Positions 43,747 through 56,342 of a DNA stretch of 64,000 nt are shown piece by piece. The stretch is taken from contig NC_042998.1 of assembly GCF_006345805.1 (NCBI RefSeq), positions 89,962,001 through 90,026,000 on the forward strand. Direction: 5' to 3'. Positions within the stretch are counted from its first letter, which is position 1. Each line of letters opens with the position of its first letter. The notes below the pieces were generated by a model. The model was given only the letters and a program-made list of their open reading frames with translations. It searched no databases and was not told where the DNA came from. Source of the DNA: Octopus sinensis. Lineage: Eukaryota. The translations under genes and the position numbers were made by a program.

Positions 43747-44150
43747 GTAAGTTACAGCTACATTTGAACCCAGAATATATGGCGCCGGGAAAAATACTTC
43801 GCGGTGTTTTCTCTGTTATTCTACCAACTCTGCCATTCCGCTCCCTGAGTGTGAAGTAGGCAAGACTTTCTTAATGTTTGGTACGTAACAACTATCTCTG
43901 CTCTTATCCAAACTCCGATGATGGTGCTTTCCTTCGTTTGAAATCAGTTCCCTCATTTCAGAAAGAGTGCTATACATAAAATTGAGTAATACATACGCAC
44001 GCATACGTCTGTGTTTGCATGTGCGTGCGCACGTATGTGTGTGTGGTGTGTGTGTGTGTGTTCAAAATATGCTCAAACAACTACATACATAGCTAAATAA
44101 ATAGGTGGAAAGCATATATATATATAAATACATACATGTACACACATACT

Positions 44151-44184
<34 letters not shown>

Positions 44185-44564
44185 CATAAGCAGAAGCACA
44201 TATATACAGTGCCTATAATGTGTATGGGTGTGCGTGTATATGTAAGTATGTATGTATTCTCGAGTATATGCGTGTCAAGAGGGTGGACTGGTGCGGAGGA
44301 TGCGACGGCGTATGCACGTGCACACACGTTCACTTCCTGAGTGTAACACTTAGCGGCAAGAGAATGCAAATGAATTTCCTCAGTCAGTTTAAAGCTGCAT
44401 CCACTTAGACGAGAAAGAAAGAGAGAGCGTTCTTCACAATTTTACATTATTACATAAGCAATGTTTATCTTCTGGGTTCTTCAATTATGTTAATGTACGA
44501 GGACTCACACATACACACACACTCGTATATATAGGTATATATACACATATATACGTGTAGGTAT

Positions 44565-44607
<43 letters not shown>

Positions 44608-44763
44608 GACGGGCTTCTCCGTCTGTCAAATCCACTCACAAGGCTTTGGTCAGCCCGAGGCCATGTGGTGGGAAGCAAGCTTCTTACCACACATCCACTC
44701 ATATGAATTATTAAGGGGGCTTATTCGCAATTTATAACTAAAAGATACACATACATACATACA

Positions 44764-44825
<62 letters not shown>

Positions 44826-45219
44826 TATTATATATATATAATATATATATATATATATAGGCGCAGCATGCCCGAATGATTGAGAAGTTCGCTTCACAAT
44901 TACGGATTCCGGTTCCATCGTACAGCGTGGTATATTGTGCGAATGTCCTTTTCTGTAGCTTCGAATCAAGTCATATCTTATGATTAAATTTTTGTAGACA
45001 GAAACCGCACAGAAGAAGCCTGTTGCTGAATTGTACTTTTAATTCAAAGGACCAACCATGGCGCAGACGGTGTCGCTGATTCTGCATGGGAATTCGTATT
45101 CTACAGAATGTCTTCCCCCCCCCCCGCGCTTATTCAGGAGCAGATAATTCAGTTACTCGACTAACTGACTACTCCTCAATCAAACTGACGGAGAACTAAC
45201 AACAGGCAGACAGACAGAC

Positions 45220-45315
<96 letters not shown>

Positions 45316-45325
45316 ACATACCCAC

Positions 45326-45580
45326 GCAATGGCGCAAGTGAGGTCGTGTGGTAAGAAAGCATCAGTATCTATGTGTGAGTGTTTTCTTTTCTTAGTGTTT
45401 ATGTTTGTGCCTGCCCACCACTTGACAACTGATGTTGGTTTGTTTACGTCTCCATATATTAACGGTTTGGCAGAAGAAACCTATAGAACAAGTATTGAGA
45501 TCGATTTGTTCGATTAAACATTTAGAGGAGGTGCCCCAGCATGGCCGCCGTCCAAATACTGAAACTAGTAAAAGATAAAA
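45326..45580 (+). mobile_element. tRNA-derived SINE (15177 family, internally deleted)
   Basis: Tail GGAGGTGCCCCAGCATGGCCGCC...CTGAAAC. Confidence 0.7.
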
Positions 45581-46249
45581 GGAAAATATATACATATACA
45601 CATAGACAGACACACCCAACCACACGCATACACACACACATGCACACACGCAAACACACATACAGACAAACACACAGCCTACACACACGTGTGTATATAT
45701 AATGTGTGTGTGCATTTAAGAATGTGTATGTCAGTGCATACTTTCTCAGACACTTACAAACTTGCACTTCTCGTGTCTTATATCATATTTAGCTAATTTT
45801 AGATATGAATAATACCTCTTTGTCATCGCAAACCTAAGTATGTATATGTGTGTTTGTGTGTACGCATATATGTACATAATAATTACAAAGATAACTATAT
45901 ATATATAATTATTACAAGGAATTTTTGTTCGACACACCGATTTCATTCATTAAACGCCGATATATATTCCTGTTCTGTCAATCAAGACAATCTTGGAATC
46001 GCATGAATTCGCCGACAGACCTGCGGATCGCAATCTGCAAGAAAATCCCGTTTTGATAAAGTCATGAATAAGAAGCAGAAACAAAGAAAGTCATATTTTA
46101 TGTTCATATTTGTGATTGATTTCACTGTTTATTTATTTCTTTTTTTACAAATTTCTCATTTATATTTGTATTTTATGTACTGAGTGCTTTTTAGATGAAT
46201 TAGTTCACCCACAGAATTGTATGCATTTCCGTGTAAATATTGATTTCAA

Positions 46250-46445
46250 ATTTTGGCACAAGACCATCAATTTTAGGTCAGGATTAAGTCAATTGCATCA
46301 AACCCAGTGCTCAACTGATACTTATTTAATCGACCCTGAAAGGCAAAAAAGACCTCAGTGGACTTTGAACTCAGAGCGTAAAGACGGACGAAATGCTGCT
46401 AGGCATTTTGCCCGGCGTGCTAATGATTCTACCAGCTCACCGCCC
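46250..46445 (-). mobile_element. tRNA-derived SINE (10585 family)
   Basis: Head, a single X body and the normal tail; no T insert. Confidence 0.8.
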
Positions 46446-47322
46446 TTTTAGCTTTGTTCATCTTCAAATGTGATAGTTATTTTGTTAAAGAAGAGAAAAA
46501 TTAATCAAATATTTCCTAGAGATGCGCGACTTAGAAAAGATCAAGAATCATTGCTATTCGTTGTCGTTAAATTTATCAGAAATAGCAATCAAAGCAACCT
46601 CGAATTACTGTCTACTAAGTTAAATGAAGTCGTAGAGCAATCCAACAATATCAGCTAGATCTCTTTTGAATCACACTCTACAATCTTGAATAATAAGGTT
46701 ATATAGCAGAATGAAGTCCTTGATATAAAAAAGACAAAATGATCACGACCGGAACGATTTTAATCATAGGCAATTTGATCAAGAATTATTTGGGACTTAG
46801 CAGCAATAACAGCAACGACCGTTTACTTTAGTCGCTTGCCTTTTTGTTAGATAAAATTTCTATAAACAAAAGGTAAAAAAAAATGTTTACCTACTTTGTG
46901 TAGTTGACAAACTGAAGTGCAATAAATGAAAATCGAAAAGTTCCCAAAGTGAAACTGTAACTAGTCGTATGAAACTGAAATGGTGAAAATAATTATATCT
47001 AACTACCTTCGTAATGTATATCGAAGCAGTATTAGGAAATGTAAATGACTTGTGGACTAAGAGTAGGTTCCCATGCGCACGCTGTCTCATTTTATATATG
47101 CAAATATACAAGCACTCCGAAATACGGAAACATTCGGAATCCGAAACACTTCCAGTTGAAGCATATCGAATAAAGGATGATGTGTGTATGAAATATACGT
47201 GTGTTTGTGTGAGTTATATATACATGTATGTGTGTGTGCGTGTGTGTGCATATATAAGTATGTATGTATGTGTATGTGTGCTATGTATATGCATGTATGC
47301 ATGTATATAGATTTTGTATATA

Positions 47323-48223
47323 TGAGGTGGTATCAAAACCTTCGCTGACTATTCCTATAGCGCGCCAACAGATGGCATCATATAGTTGCATGCGGAGTGA
47401 GAGCTAGCAGTGACCTTCATGAAGCAGTATGTCGAGTGACGTCGCTGTGTTTATTTCGCAAGTTGTAAAAATCGTCATTTTGTGATCACGTGTATGCTGT
47501 GGTCTATGATTTTGTCGTGGACAGGAACAGAGAGCCAACGTGAAACTTTGGGAAGTTTGCTACAGAGACATTGAGCATGCTTTGGCAAGCTTACGGTGAC
47601 GAGGCAACGGGTTCTAAGCAAGGTTTCGAGTGGCACACGCGCTTTAAAAGCAGGAGAAAGTCCCTGAAAGATTATGAGCGATCTGAAAGACCTGCCACGA
47701 GCATCACACCCGGAAATGTGGTATTCTACATCGAAAATTCATCCCCCAGGGCCAGACCGTCAATCGAGAGTTCTACTGCGACGTTTTGAAGGGTTTGAGG
47801 GACGACATTCAGCAAAAGCGATCGGAGCTGTGGAGCATGAAGAATTGGATTCTTCATGAGATAGTGCACCGTCACCGACCTCTCCTCACTTGCGAGTTTC
47901 TCACCAAAAACAACATGGAATTGCTTCTGCACCCACCCTATTCGTCAGATTTAGCACCTGTGGTCTTCCATCTCCAAGATGAAAATGCAACTCAAAGGTT
48001 GCCGTTTTAACAACGTTGTCGAGACCCAGAACGAATCGCAGAAGATTCTCGACTCGCTTACGGGAAACGACTTCCAGGCCGGATTCCAAAAGTAGCAAAA
48101 ACACTGGGAGCAGTATTCTGCTGCACAAGGTGACTATTTGGAAGGAAATTATGTTAAAACTTAGGTAAATAAGTTATTTTTTATTAAACATAACTACTCC
48201 GGGAACCTTTTGACACCACCTCG
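47323..48223 (+). mobile_element. Defective mariner-like transposon
   Basis: TIRs TGAGGTGGTATCAAAACC / GGAACCTTTTGACACCACCTCG with TA flanks. Remnants QGFEWHTRFKSRR and HPPYSSDLAPVVF (ORFs 47571-47789 and 47786-48010). Confidence 0.9.
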
Positions 48224-48261
<38 letters not shown>

Positions 48262-48431
48262 CAAAATTTTTATTCCGAAAAAACTTTTCTCTCCCGAAAT
48301 GCAATTTTGTAAAAGTTTGCCATTCACCCGGATGATATATATAAACTCACCCATGTGCTTCGTTGTTGATGTTGATCAGTTAGATGTTCGGCTTAAGCGA
48401 GGCAGGGTCGTTGTTTATTTATAATACATTC

Positions 48432-48477
48432 AGGCCTGCTGATGATTACGTAAGTATGAAATCACTGTGATACAGGC
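48432..48477 (+). ncRNA. Type I hammerhead ribozyme motif (unit 1)
   Basis: AGGCCUG CUGAUGA UUAC-GUAA-GUAU GAAA UCACUGUGA UA|CAGGC; predicted cleavage after 48472. Confidence 0.8.
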
Positions 48478-48911
48478 TATAATTTTTAAATGTCTTACTT
48501 TGAAAAATTGCATCGGTGGGATTAGTAATATTTTTGGTGATAGAAATGACTGATTGTCCCTCTTAGCGTTTGGCAGGTATTATAATGCCTCCTGGCATGT
48601 ATGTATAATTATGCCCTCTATATATAATTATATGTTCAATAAGAAATAATTATTTTCGAAATTTTTTCTCTTATGAGGTTTTTACGCTATCTACCGACAA
48701 TTTTTGTTAAGTTTTCCTTATTAAGTAGTTGTCCTTAATTGCAAAATTTTTATTCCGAAAAAACTTTTCCTCTCCCGAAATGCAATTTTGTAAAAGTTTG
48801 CCATTCACCCGGATGTAATATATATAAACTCACCCATGTGCTTCGTTGATGTTGATCAGTTAGATGTTCGGCTTAAGCGAGGCAGGGTCGTTGTTTATTT
48901 ATAATACATTC

Positions 48912-48959
48912 AGGCCTGCTGATGATTACGTAAGTATGAAATCACTGTGATACAGGCCT
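48912..48959 (+). ncRNA. Type I hammerhead ribozyme motif (unit 2)
   Basis: Same motif with the full 7-bp stem I (AGGCCUG/CAGGCCU); predicted cleavage after 48952. Confidence 0.85.
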
Positions 48960-49558
48960 ATATATTTTTAAATGTCTTACTTTGAAAAATTGCATTTGGG
49001 TGGGATTAGTTAGTAATATTTTGTAGAAATGACTGATTGTCCCTCTTAGCGTTTGGCAGGTATATATAATGCCTCCTGGCATGTATGTATAATTATGCCC
49101 TCTATATATAAATTAATATGTTCAATAAGAAATAATTATTTTCGAAATTTTTTCTCTTATGAGGTTTTTACGCTATCTACCTGACAATTTCTTGTTAAGT
49201 TTTCCTTATTAAGTAGTTGTCCTTAATTGCAAAATTTTTATTCCGAAAAAACTTTTCCTCTCCCGAAATGCAATTTTGTAAAAGTTTGCCATTCACCCGG
49301 ATGTAATATATATAAACTCACCCATGTGCTTCGTTGATGTTGATCAGTTAGCCGTCATTTGCGGAGCAGTTTGTTGCGTTTTGCGTTGTGTGAGAAATTT
49401 GCTGCTGCTATTTAAGAGAATTCGAAGTTATAATATCATTGTTTGTGTAAACTGTTCTGAACAGTACCCGTCGTAAAACGATAATTTTCGCCCTACGGGG
49501 GGCAGAAAATTTTGTTGTTCTAACCATATTCTTGTTACTTTAAAGGTAACCTTCAGAG

Positions 49559-50989
49559 ATGGAGTTCGACCTAACGTCGAAGGAAGACTTTCCCGTGATG
49601 GGAAAAGGTGAAAAAAAGAGGAAAACCCAGTACCCAGGCAATCATTCTCGGCCGCGGTGGGCGGCGCCATGTTGGAGATAGAATTCAAGATTGAACAACT
49701 GTACGAATATAGGAATTTGGTAAAACTAGAAAGAAGGAGGAGAAATAAGGCTTGTGCCGCCGCAAGCGAAGGTGCAAGAAATTAGGAAAAGATCGTAATC
49801 TATAAAGTGTACAACTTTAAAGAAAAAAAGATCATGGAAGTAAAAAACGAAACCGTTGAGAAATGCTTGGCCCCGGTGTGGGATAAAATTCGCCATATAG
49901 TGAGAGGTGCACGGAAGTGCCACGATCGAAGCACACTTTGACACGGCAGAGGTGGCGAAGGAGGAGGTGTCGTCGTTGACCCTTAAAAACGACGACATCA
50001 TGCTGCTACCCTCGTATATGGGGAAGAGAACCGCAAAGGTAACGGTTGAAGACATACCCAGAGGATACGACACCATGTGGGTAGCAGCGGCGGTCTTCAT
50101 GATGTAGAACGCGAAATGAACATACTGCAAATGAGAAGGAAGGAAGCGGTACGTTGGAGGGGTCAGACTCTGGAGCTCCTCGTACAGGCAGAGAACAAGA
50201 TCTTGGAGAGCCTGCCTGACAGGATTTTTAACGAGGATGGCACGTCCATGAGAGTGTCGGTGGAAGGACGAAGACCCAGATGCTTCAAGTGTGGAGAAAA
50301 GGGTCACGTCCGTTCCAATTGCATCAGAAAAAAAAGAACAGAAGATGCGGCCCCTCCAAGTGTACCTAATGCGGAGGGAGAGGAAGCTAAGAAGAACAAC
50401 AAAACGACCAAGACAAATACGGAAGCAAAAATAGACCAAATAGAACCGATGGAATACACCCAAGTTACGCACAAAAGAAAAAAAGAAAATACCCTGGACT
50501 CCCCTCCCCAAACAAGGAAAAAAACAACTAGCACTACAGACACACACATTAAGCAAATCCCCCAACCCTACCCCCATGGCACTGTTTTCATTGGAAAACA
50601 GTTTGCCAAACCCCTCCCCGTAAAACAAGATCCAAAAAATGTTATTGAAAAACGAAAAAATAATTGCGTTTGATGAAAAAAACGAAAAAGTTTACAAATG
50701 CTGCAAACTGTCGAGGTTTATGCTGTATAGCAGAACCTCAGATGGAAAAGCAATTGCGCGCTTCGCCAAGGTAGGCGAGAACGAATGGAAGGAGGAGGTT
50801 CTTCAGGAACACCTGAAGAACCGCCTAATAAGAGATGTCACCAAAGAGGTGTTAGAAGGAAAACTAACAATAACCCCGGCAACCACACCAACCCAGAGCC
50901 CAGTGGCAACGCCGGTCAAAAGCCCTGCAGTAGCGGAAGAAAGGGAAGCAGGCAAAATTAGACCGCCGTGCTCCCTTTCACAAACGTGA
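49559..50989 (+). CDS. LINE ORF1 (gag-like, zinc knuckle), frameshifted in this sequence
   Basis: Starts MEFDLTSKEDFPVMG; contains CFKCGEKGHVRSNC (CX2CX4HX4C); pieces in ORFs 49907, 50077 and 50639. Confidence 0.8.
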
Positions 50990-51017
50990 GTATAGTTATT
51001 TCTCTCCCTCGCTCACA

Positions 51018-54000
51018 ATGGCCAAGCTGGGCTGCCTAAACATACGTGGAATGGGGTCGAAATGGAAACAAATTTGTTTCCTGAACGACCTCACGACACA
51101 AGGTATAGATGTTGCTATCGTAACCGAGTCCAAGATGAGCGAGACCCAAGCGTTCTCACCTCTTCTAAATGGTTTCGAGAAATTTATTTCTCCTAGCCGA
51201 GGAGGAGGAAGAGGCGTGGCAGTCTTCATCAGGAAGAGCTTGGACCTGCAGGTAAGTACTGTCTTTCTGGACCCAGAAGGCAGGCTGGTTGTCCTGGATG
51301 TGACTCACGCAAGTAAACAGTCCTTCAGGTTGGTAGCTGTCTACGCCCCGAACGAGGGTAGACAGTTGGGTTTCTTTCGAAGCCTGGAGCCCTTTCTGGC
51401 GACGTCGAAAACAGTAATACTAGTAGGGGACTTTAACACTGTCCTTGAAGCGCACATCGACAGTGTTGGCTCAACTAATAGGAAGGGGAATCCTAGCCTC
51501 AAGGGTCTACTGGAGAGAGCTTTGATCTAGTGGACCGTTACCGACTGGATGAGCCGAGCGTTCCACAGTGGACGTGGAGTAACTACGACGGCTCACACAG
51601 ATCGTACCTAGATAGGATAATTATAAAAAAAAGAGATAAGGATACGTTTAGTTGTCCACAATTTCATATTGTACCTTACTCGGATCACAAGTTTGTGACG
51701 TGTGAGGTGCAATTAGACAAGTGTCATAGACAGGGACCCGGGTACTGGAAGCTGAACAAGGCTATTTTGAATTGTGAAGACTTCCGTACCGGATTAAGGA
51801 GTTAGTTCAGAGGGCATTGTGCGGCACCGTCATTAACAATAGATGTGTGGCACGCCCTCAAAAGAGCCATTCGATTAGAGTCCGTTAGATTTAGCAATCA
51901 GATAAGGATAGATAGAGCTAGTCTAGAGGGCGATTTAGTTAAGAATCTAGACGAGGCAATGGAAGCTGGCTCTGCATCCGGAGTACTGGCGGCAAGGACG
52001 GTATTGTACCGACACCTTGACTCCAAACACGAAGGTTGCAGAGTCAGAGCTAAGCTGCGCGCCGGGAAACGAGAAGGTGTTAACGTAGCCGGATGGGCCC
52101 GTCGTGTCGGTGGAGAGTAAGAGAGGCAACAGAGCCTCAATAAAATCTTTGACTGGCGAACAGGGACAAAAGATCTATGGACAGGAGGAGATGCAAAAGT
52201 TTCTTCACCAGCATTTCGCGCGCGCGTTCGGGGTGGGTGGCCCGCTGGACCGGGGGAGTGCCTTAAGGGACTTCCTGGCCGGCGGGCCGCGGCTCGCGGG
52301 GCGTGAGGCGGAGTGCTGTGAAGGAGCGATCACTCCCGCGGAAATAAGGGAAGTGCTGGCCGAGTGCGCCGGGGAGAAATCGCCGGGGCTGGATGGTCTG
52401 CCCTACGAGTTTTACCAAAATATGCCGGATTTGTTCGGGGGAATACTGGCAGGCGTCTACACGAACTGGCAGCAGAACGGGAGAATTCCCAGTTCTGTAA
52501 GCGGGGGGGTGGACGCTAATCCAGAAAGACCCGAGCAAAGGGGATATGATTAGTAACTACAGGCCCATAACTCTACTTAATGTAGAGTTAAAGATTTTGG
52601 CCAAGGTGTTAGCAAAAAGGTTGACGGTTGTCGTGGAGAAACTTGTAGGGAGAGCACAGACATGTGCAATTCCAGGCAGGTCGATCCAGGACAACCTTCA
52701 CCTTATACGCTACACCTTAGATAGGGTGGGTAAAGTAACCGGCAAAGGTGGGGTAATGGTCCACTTGGACCAAAGTAAAGCCTTCGATAGGGTAGACCAT
52801 GGGTACCTGGCGGCGGTCCTCGAAGCGACCGGACTGGGTCCCGAATTCGCGGGTGGATCTCCGCTATGTACAGCGGCATCAAGTCCACCGTCCAGATAAA
52901 CGGTTACCTAACAGAACCGTTTTCGATCGAATGTTCAGTACGTCAGGGGTGCCCCTTGTCACCACTTTTGTACGTATTGGCTCTCGAGCCACTACTGCGA
53001 AGGTTGGAGAGGCTGGGGAGTAACTCAGATGGAATCGGAGGTGGGAGGTCGGTCACTGCCTATGCGGATGACATCACCCTCATCGTGTCCAAGGAGGCCC
53101 AACTACCTGGTGTAGAGGAGGCTATCAGAGGATACGAGGCGGTGGCAGGAGCAAAGGTTAACAGGGACAAATCGGTCGGCTTGCGCCTCGGCACCTGGAG
53201 GAACAAGCCGATATTGTCCAGTGTTGGGGACACTGGACGGATGGCCCTGTTAAGTTGCTGGGAGTCTGGTTTGGACCGGACTCCCAAACGGAGAAGAACT
53301 GGAGCGAGGTGACGGGCAAGGTGGAGGCCATAATACGGACCTGGTCCGGAAGGTCTCTGTCCTTGAAAGGAAGGGCGGAGGTGGCGCAGATGTTTATTGC
53401 ATCCGTAATCACCTACCGCCTGACCGTCGTCCCTTGCCCCGACTCATGGCTTAACAAGTTGGAACGAGCCTCTTCCGCTTTTTGTGGAAAGGAGGAAAGC
53501 CACTTGTGAGACGCTCCGTGTGCTGTCAAGAACCGTTAAAGGGTGGGTTAGGGATGCCTTGGTTAATGATGCGCAGACATGCGTTGAGACTAAGACATCT
53601 CTGGCACCACCTGGAAGGTGATAAGGTGTGGAGTCCGTTGGCAGAGGGATTTTTTCCGAGACCGGCCTCCTTAGTTAATTTTAAACCCGGTTACATCAGA
53701 AGATGCAATCTGACTCCATGGCAAAAGGAGTGCCGACAGGCACTCACGCTGATCCACAAGGCGGGCAAGGCCGGCTGCGGAAATACCACCTCGGTATTTT
53801 ATAGAGGGCTGGTAGAAGGTAAAAACGATGACGTCCTAGGAGGGGCTCTGGGGTTTGATGAAAACCAGCTTGCCAATCTGTTTAAGAAAACGTTCAGGTC
53901 GGGGTATTTGGATAATTTCCAAAGATCCCTGGCTTGGCAGTGCTACAGGAATGCTTTACCTGTTCGCGAAAAGTTATCACGGCACGGAGTTCCAGTGCCA

Positions 54001-54512
54001 CCGACGTGTCAAAGATGCGGGCTGGACGATGAAACCGTTCAGCACGCTTTTTTTCATTGTCGGAAGTTGAACGACTTGATAAGTTACGCAGAACACGTGT
54101 TATCGCATTGGGACGAGTACAGCTGTCGGCTGAGTCTATGATTAAGATGATACCGCCAACTGGACTCTCGAAGGAAGGTGAGGCATGTTTTCACTGCACG
54201 GTTGCAGTGGTAAAGGAATGCATGTGGAGAACGAGAATGGAAGGAACCGCGACAGGGTCATTTGTCTCCGGGCCCGGCTTGCTCACCTACTTCAGATATC
54301 ATCTGAGAAGCAAGAGGGACTGGAGAGGAGGACCCTGCCGCGGGGAGTGTATGCGAATAGATGGAAGAAGTGGAAGTGGAAAGAAAGGTGGGTACGAGAA
54401 GGCCAGCTTGACCATGGAGGAGAGAGAGGAAGTGGAAGCTGCAGGGCCTCAACAATTGCCGGGGTGTGAAAGCTCGAGTATAATCACAAAGGTCAGCTAC
54501 AAGTGTTTGTAA
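51018..54512 (+). CDS. LINE ORF2 (APE endonuclease, reverse transcriptase, C-terminal CCHC), frameshifted in this sequence
   Basis: LNIRG, VYAP, GDFN, SDHK (APE); SPGLDGLPYEFY, YRPITLLN, LDQSKAFDRVDH, RQGCPLSP, AYADD (RT); CQRC...ETVQHAFFHC. The exact stop is uncertain (54411 or 54512). Confidence 0.9.
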
Positions 54513-54653
54513 CACTAGTTACGAAAAAACTATTACTTATAACGAATACAAACGAAACTTTTTTTAATCGATTCTCTTAAATTTTCTTGTATGTATGTAT
54601 GTCCTGTATTCGTCCTTTCTATGTATTAATTTTTATAATTGTAATAAAGAAAT

Positions 54654-54689
54654 TGTTGATCAGTTAGCTGTTCGGCTTAAGCGAGGCAG
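54654..54689 (+). repeat. 36-bp target-site segment between the two LINE copies
   Basis: TGTTGATCAGTTAGCTGTTCGGCTTAAGCGAGGCAG. Also present at 60024-60059, in the empty units (~48850-48885) and degraded at 49339-49369. Confidence 0.9.
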
Positions 54690-54870
54690 TTTGTTGCGTT
54701 TTGCGTTGTGAGAAATTGCTGCTGCTATTTGAGAGAATTCGAAGTTATAATATCATTGTTTGTGTAAACTGTTCTGAACAGTACCCGTCGTAAAACGATA
54801 ATTTTCGCCCTACGGGGCAGAAAATTTTGTACTAACCATATTCTTGTTACCTTAAAGGTAACTTTCAGAG

Positions 54871-56313
54871 ATGGAGTTCGACCTGACGTCGAAGGAGGAC
54901 TTTCCCGTGATGGGAAAAGGTGAAAAAAGAAGAGGAAAATCAAGTACCCAGGCAATCATTCTCGGCCGCGGTGGGCGGCGCCATGTTGGAGATAGAATTC
55001 AAGATTGAACAACTGTACGATATAGGAATTTGGTAAAACTAGAAGGAGGAGAAATAAGGCTTGTGCCGCCGCAAGCGAAGGTGCAAGAAATTAAGGAAAA
55101 GATCGTAATCTATAAAGTGTACAACTTTAAAGAAAAAAAGATCATGGAAGTATAAAAACGAAACCGTTGAGAAATGCTTGGCCCCGGTGTGGGATAAAAT
55201 TCGCCATATAGTGAGAGGTGCACGAAGTGCCACGATCGAAGCACACTTTGACACGGCAGAGGTGGCGAAGGAGGTGTCGTCGTTGACCCTTAAAAACGAC
55301 GACATCATGCTGCTACCCTCGTATATGGGGAAGAGAACCGCAAAGGTAACGGTTGAAGACATACCCAGAGGATACGACACCATGTGTGGGTAGCAGCGGC
55401 GGTCTTACATGATGTGGAACGCGAAATGAACATACTGCAAATGAGAAGGAAGGAAGCGGTACGTTGGAGGGGTCAGACTCTGGAGCTCCTCGTACAGGCA
55501 GAGAACAAGATCTTGGAGAGCCTGCCTGACAGGATTTTTAACGAGGATGGCACGTCCATGAGAGTGTCGGTGGAAGGACGAAGACCCAGATGCTTCAAGT
55601 GGTGGAGAAAAGGGTCACGTCCGTTCCAATTGCATCAGGAAAAAAAGAACAGAAGATGCGGCCCCTCCAAGTGTACCCAATGCGGAGGGAGAGGAAGCGA
55701 GAGGAAGCTAAGAAGAACAACAAAACGACCAAGACAAATACGGAAGCAAAAATAGACCAAATAGAACCGATGGAATACACCCAAGTTACGCACAAAAGAA
55801 AAAAAGAAAATACCCTGGACTCCCCTCCCCAAACAAGGAAAAAAACAACTAACACTGCAGACACACACATAAAACAAATCCCCCAACCCTACCCCCACGG
55901 CACTGTTTTCATTGGAAAACAGTTTGCCAAGCCCCTCCCCGTAAAACAAGATCCTAAAAAATGTTTATTGAAAAATGAAAAAATAATTGCGTTTGATGAA
56001 AAAAACGAAAAAGTTTACAAATGCTGCAAACTGTCGAGGTTCATGCTGTTATAGCAGAACCTCAGATGGAAAAGCAATTGCGCGCTTCGCCAAGGTAGGC
56101 GAGAACGAATGGAAGGAGGAGGTTCTTCAGGAACACCTGAAGAACCGCCTAATAAGAGATGTCACCAAAGAGGTGGTTAGAAGGAAAACTAACAATAACC
56201 CCGGCAACCACACACCCCAGAGCCCAGTGGCAACGCCGGTCAAAGGCCCTGCAGTAGCGGAAGAAAGGGAAGCAGGCAAAATCAGACCGCCGTGCTCCCT
56301 TTCACAAACGTGA
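54871..56313 (+). CDS. LINE ORF1, copy 2 (frameshifted)
   Basis: Homologous to 49559-50989. Confidence 0.75.
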
Positions 56314-56342
56314 GTATAGTTATTTTTCCTCCCTCGCCCACA

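Larger units (their letters stand above)
48259..49369 (+). repeat. Tandem ~480-bp hammerhead-bearing repeat (retrozyme-like array): units 1, 2 and start of unit 3
   Basis: Units start at 48259, 48739 and 49227. Lines 48421 and 48901 are identical at a 480-bp offset. The array begins in (TA)n. Confidence 0.9.
49370..54652 (+). mobile_element. Near-full-length Tx1-clade L1 non-LTR retrotransposon, copy 1
   Basis: 5' UTR, ORF1 with CCHC knuckle, ORF2 with APE, RT and zinc finger, and a 3' UTR ending AATAAAGAAA without poly(A). Inserted in unit 3 of the array. Confidence 0.93.

Noticed and set aside
48259-49369. Array as a CRISPR or as snRNA (U1/U2/U6), 5S or tRNA genes
   Set aside because: The units are identical with no unique spacers and no cas genes, and I see no match to the conserved snRNA, 5S or tRNA sequences. 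The hammerhead core explains the conserved structure.
49726-50628. 300-aa minus-strand ORF and other antisense ORFs over the LINEs
   Set aside because: Shadow frames of ORF1/ORF2 with no motifs, and broken in the second copy.
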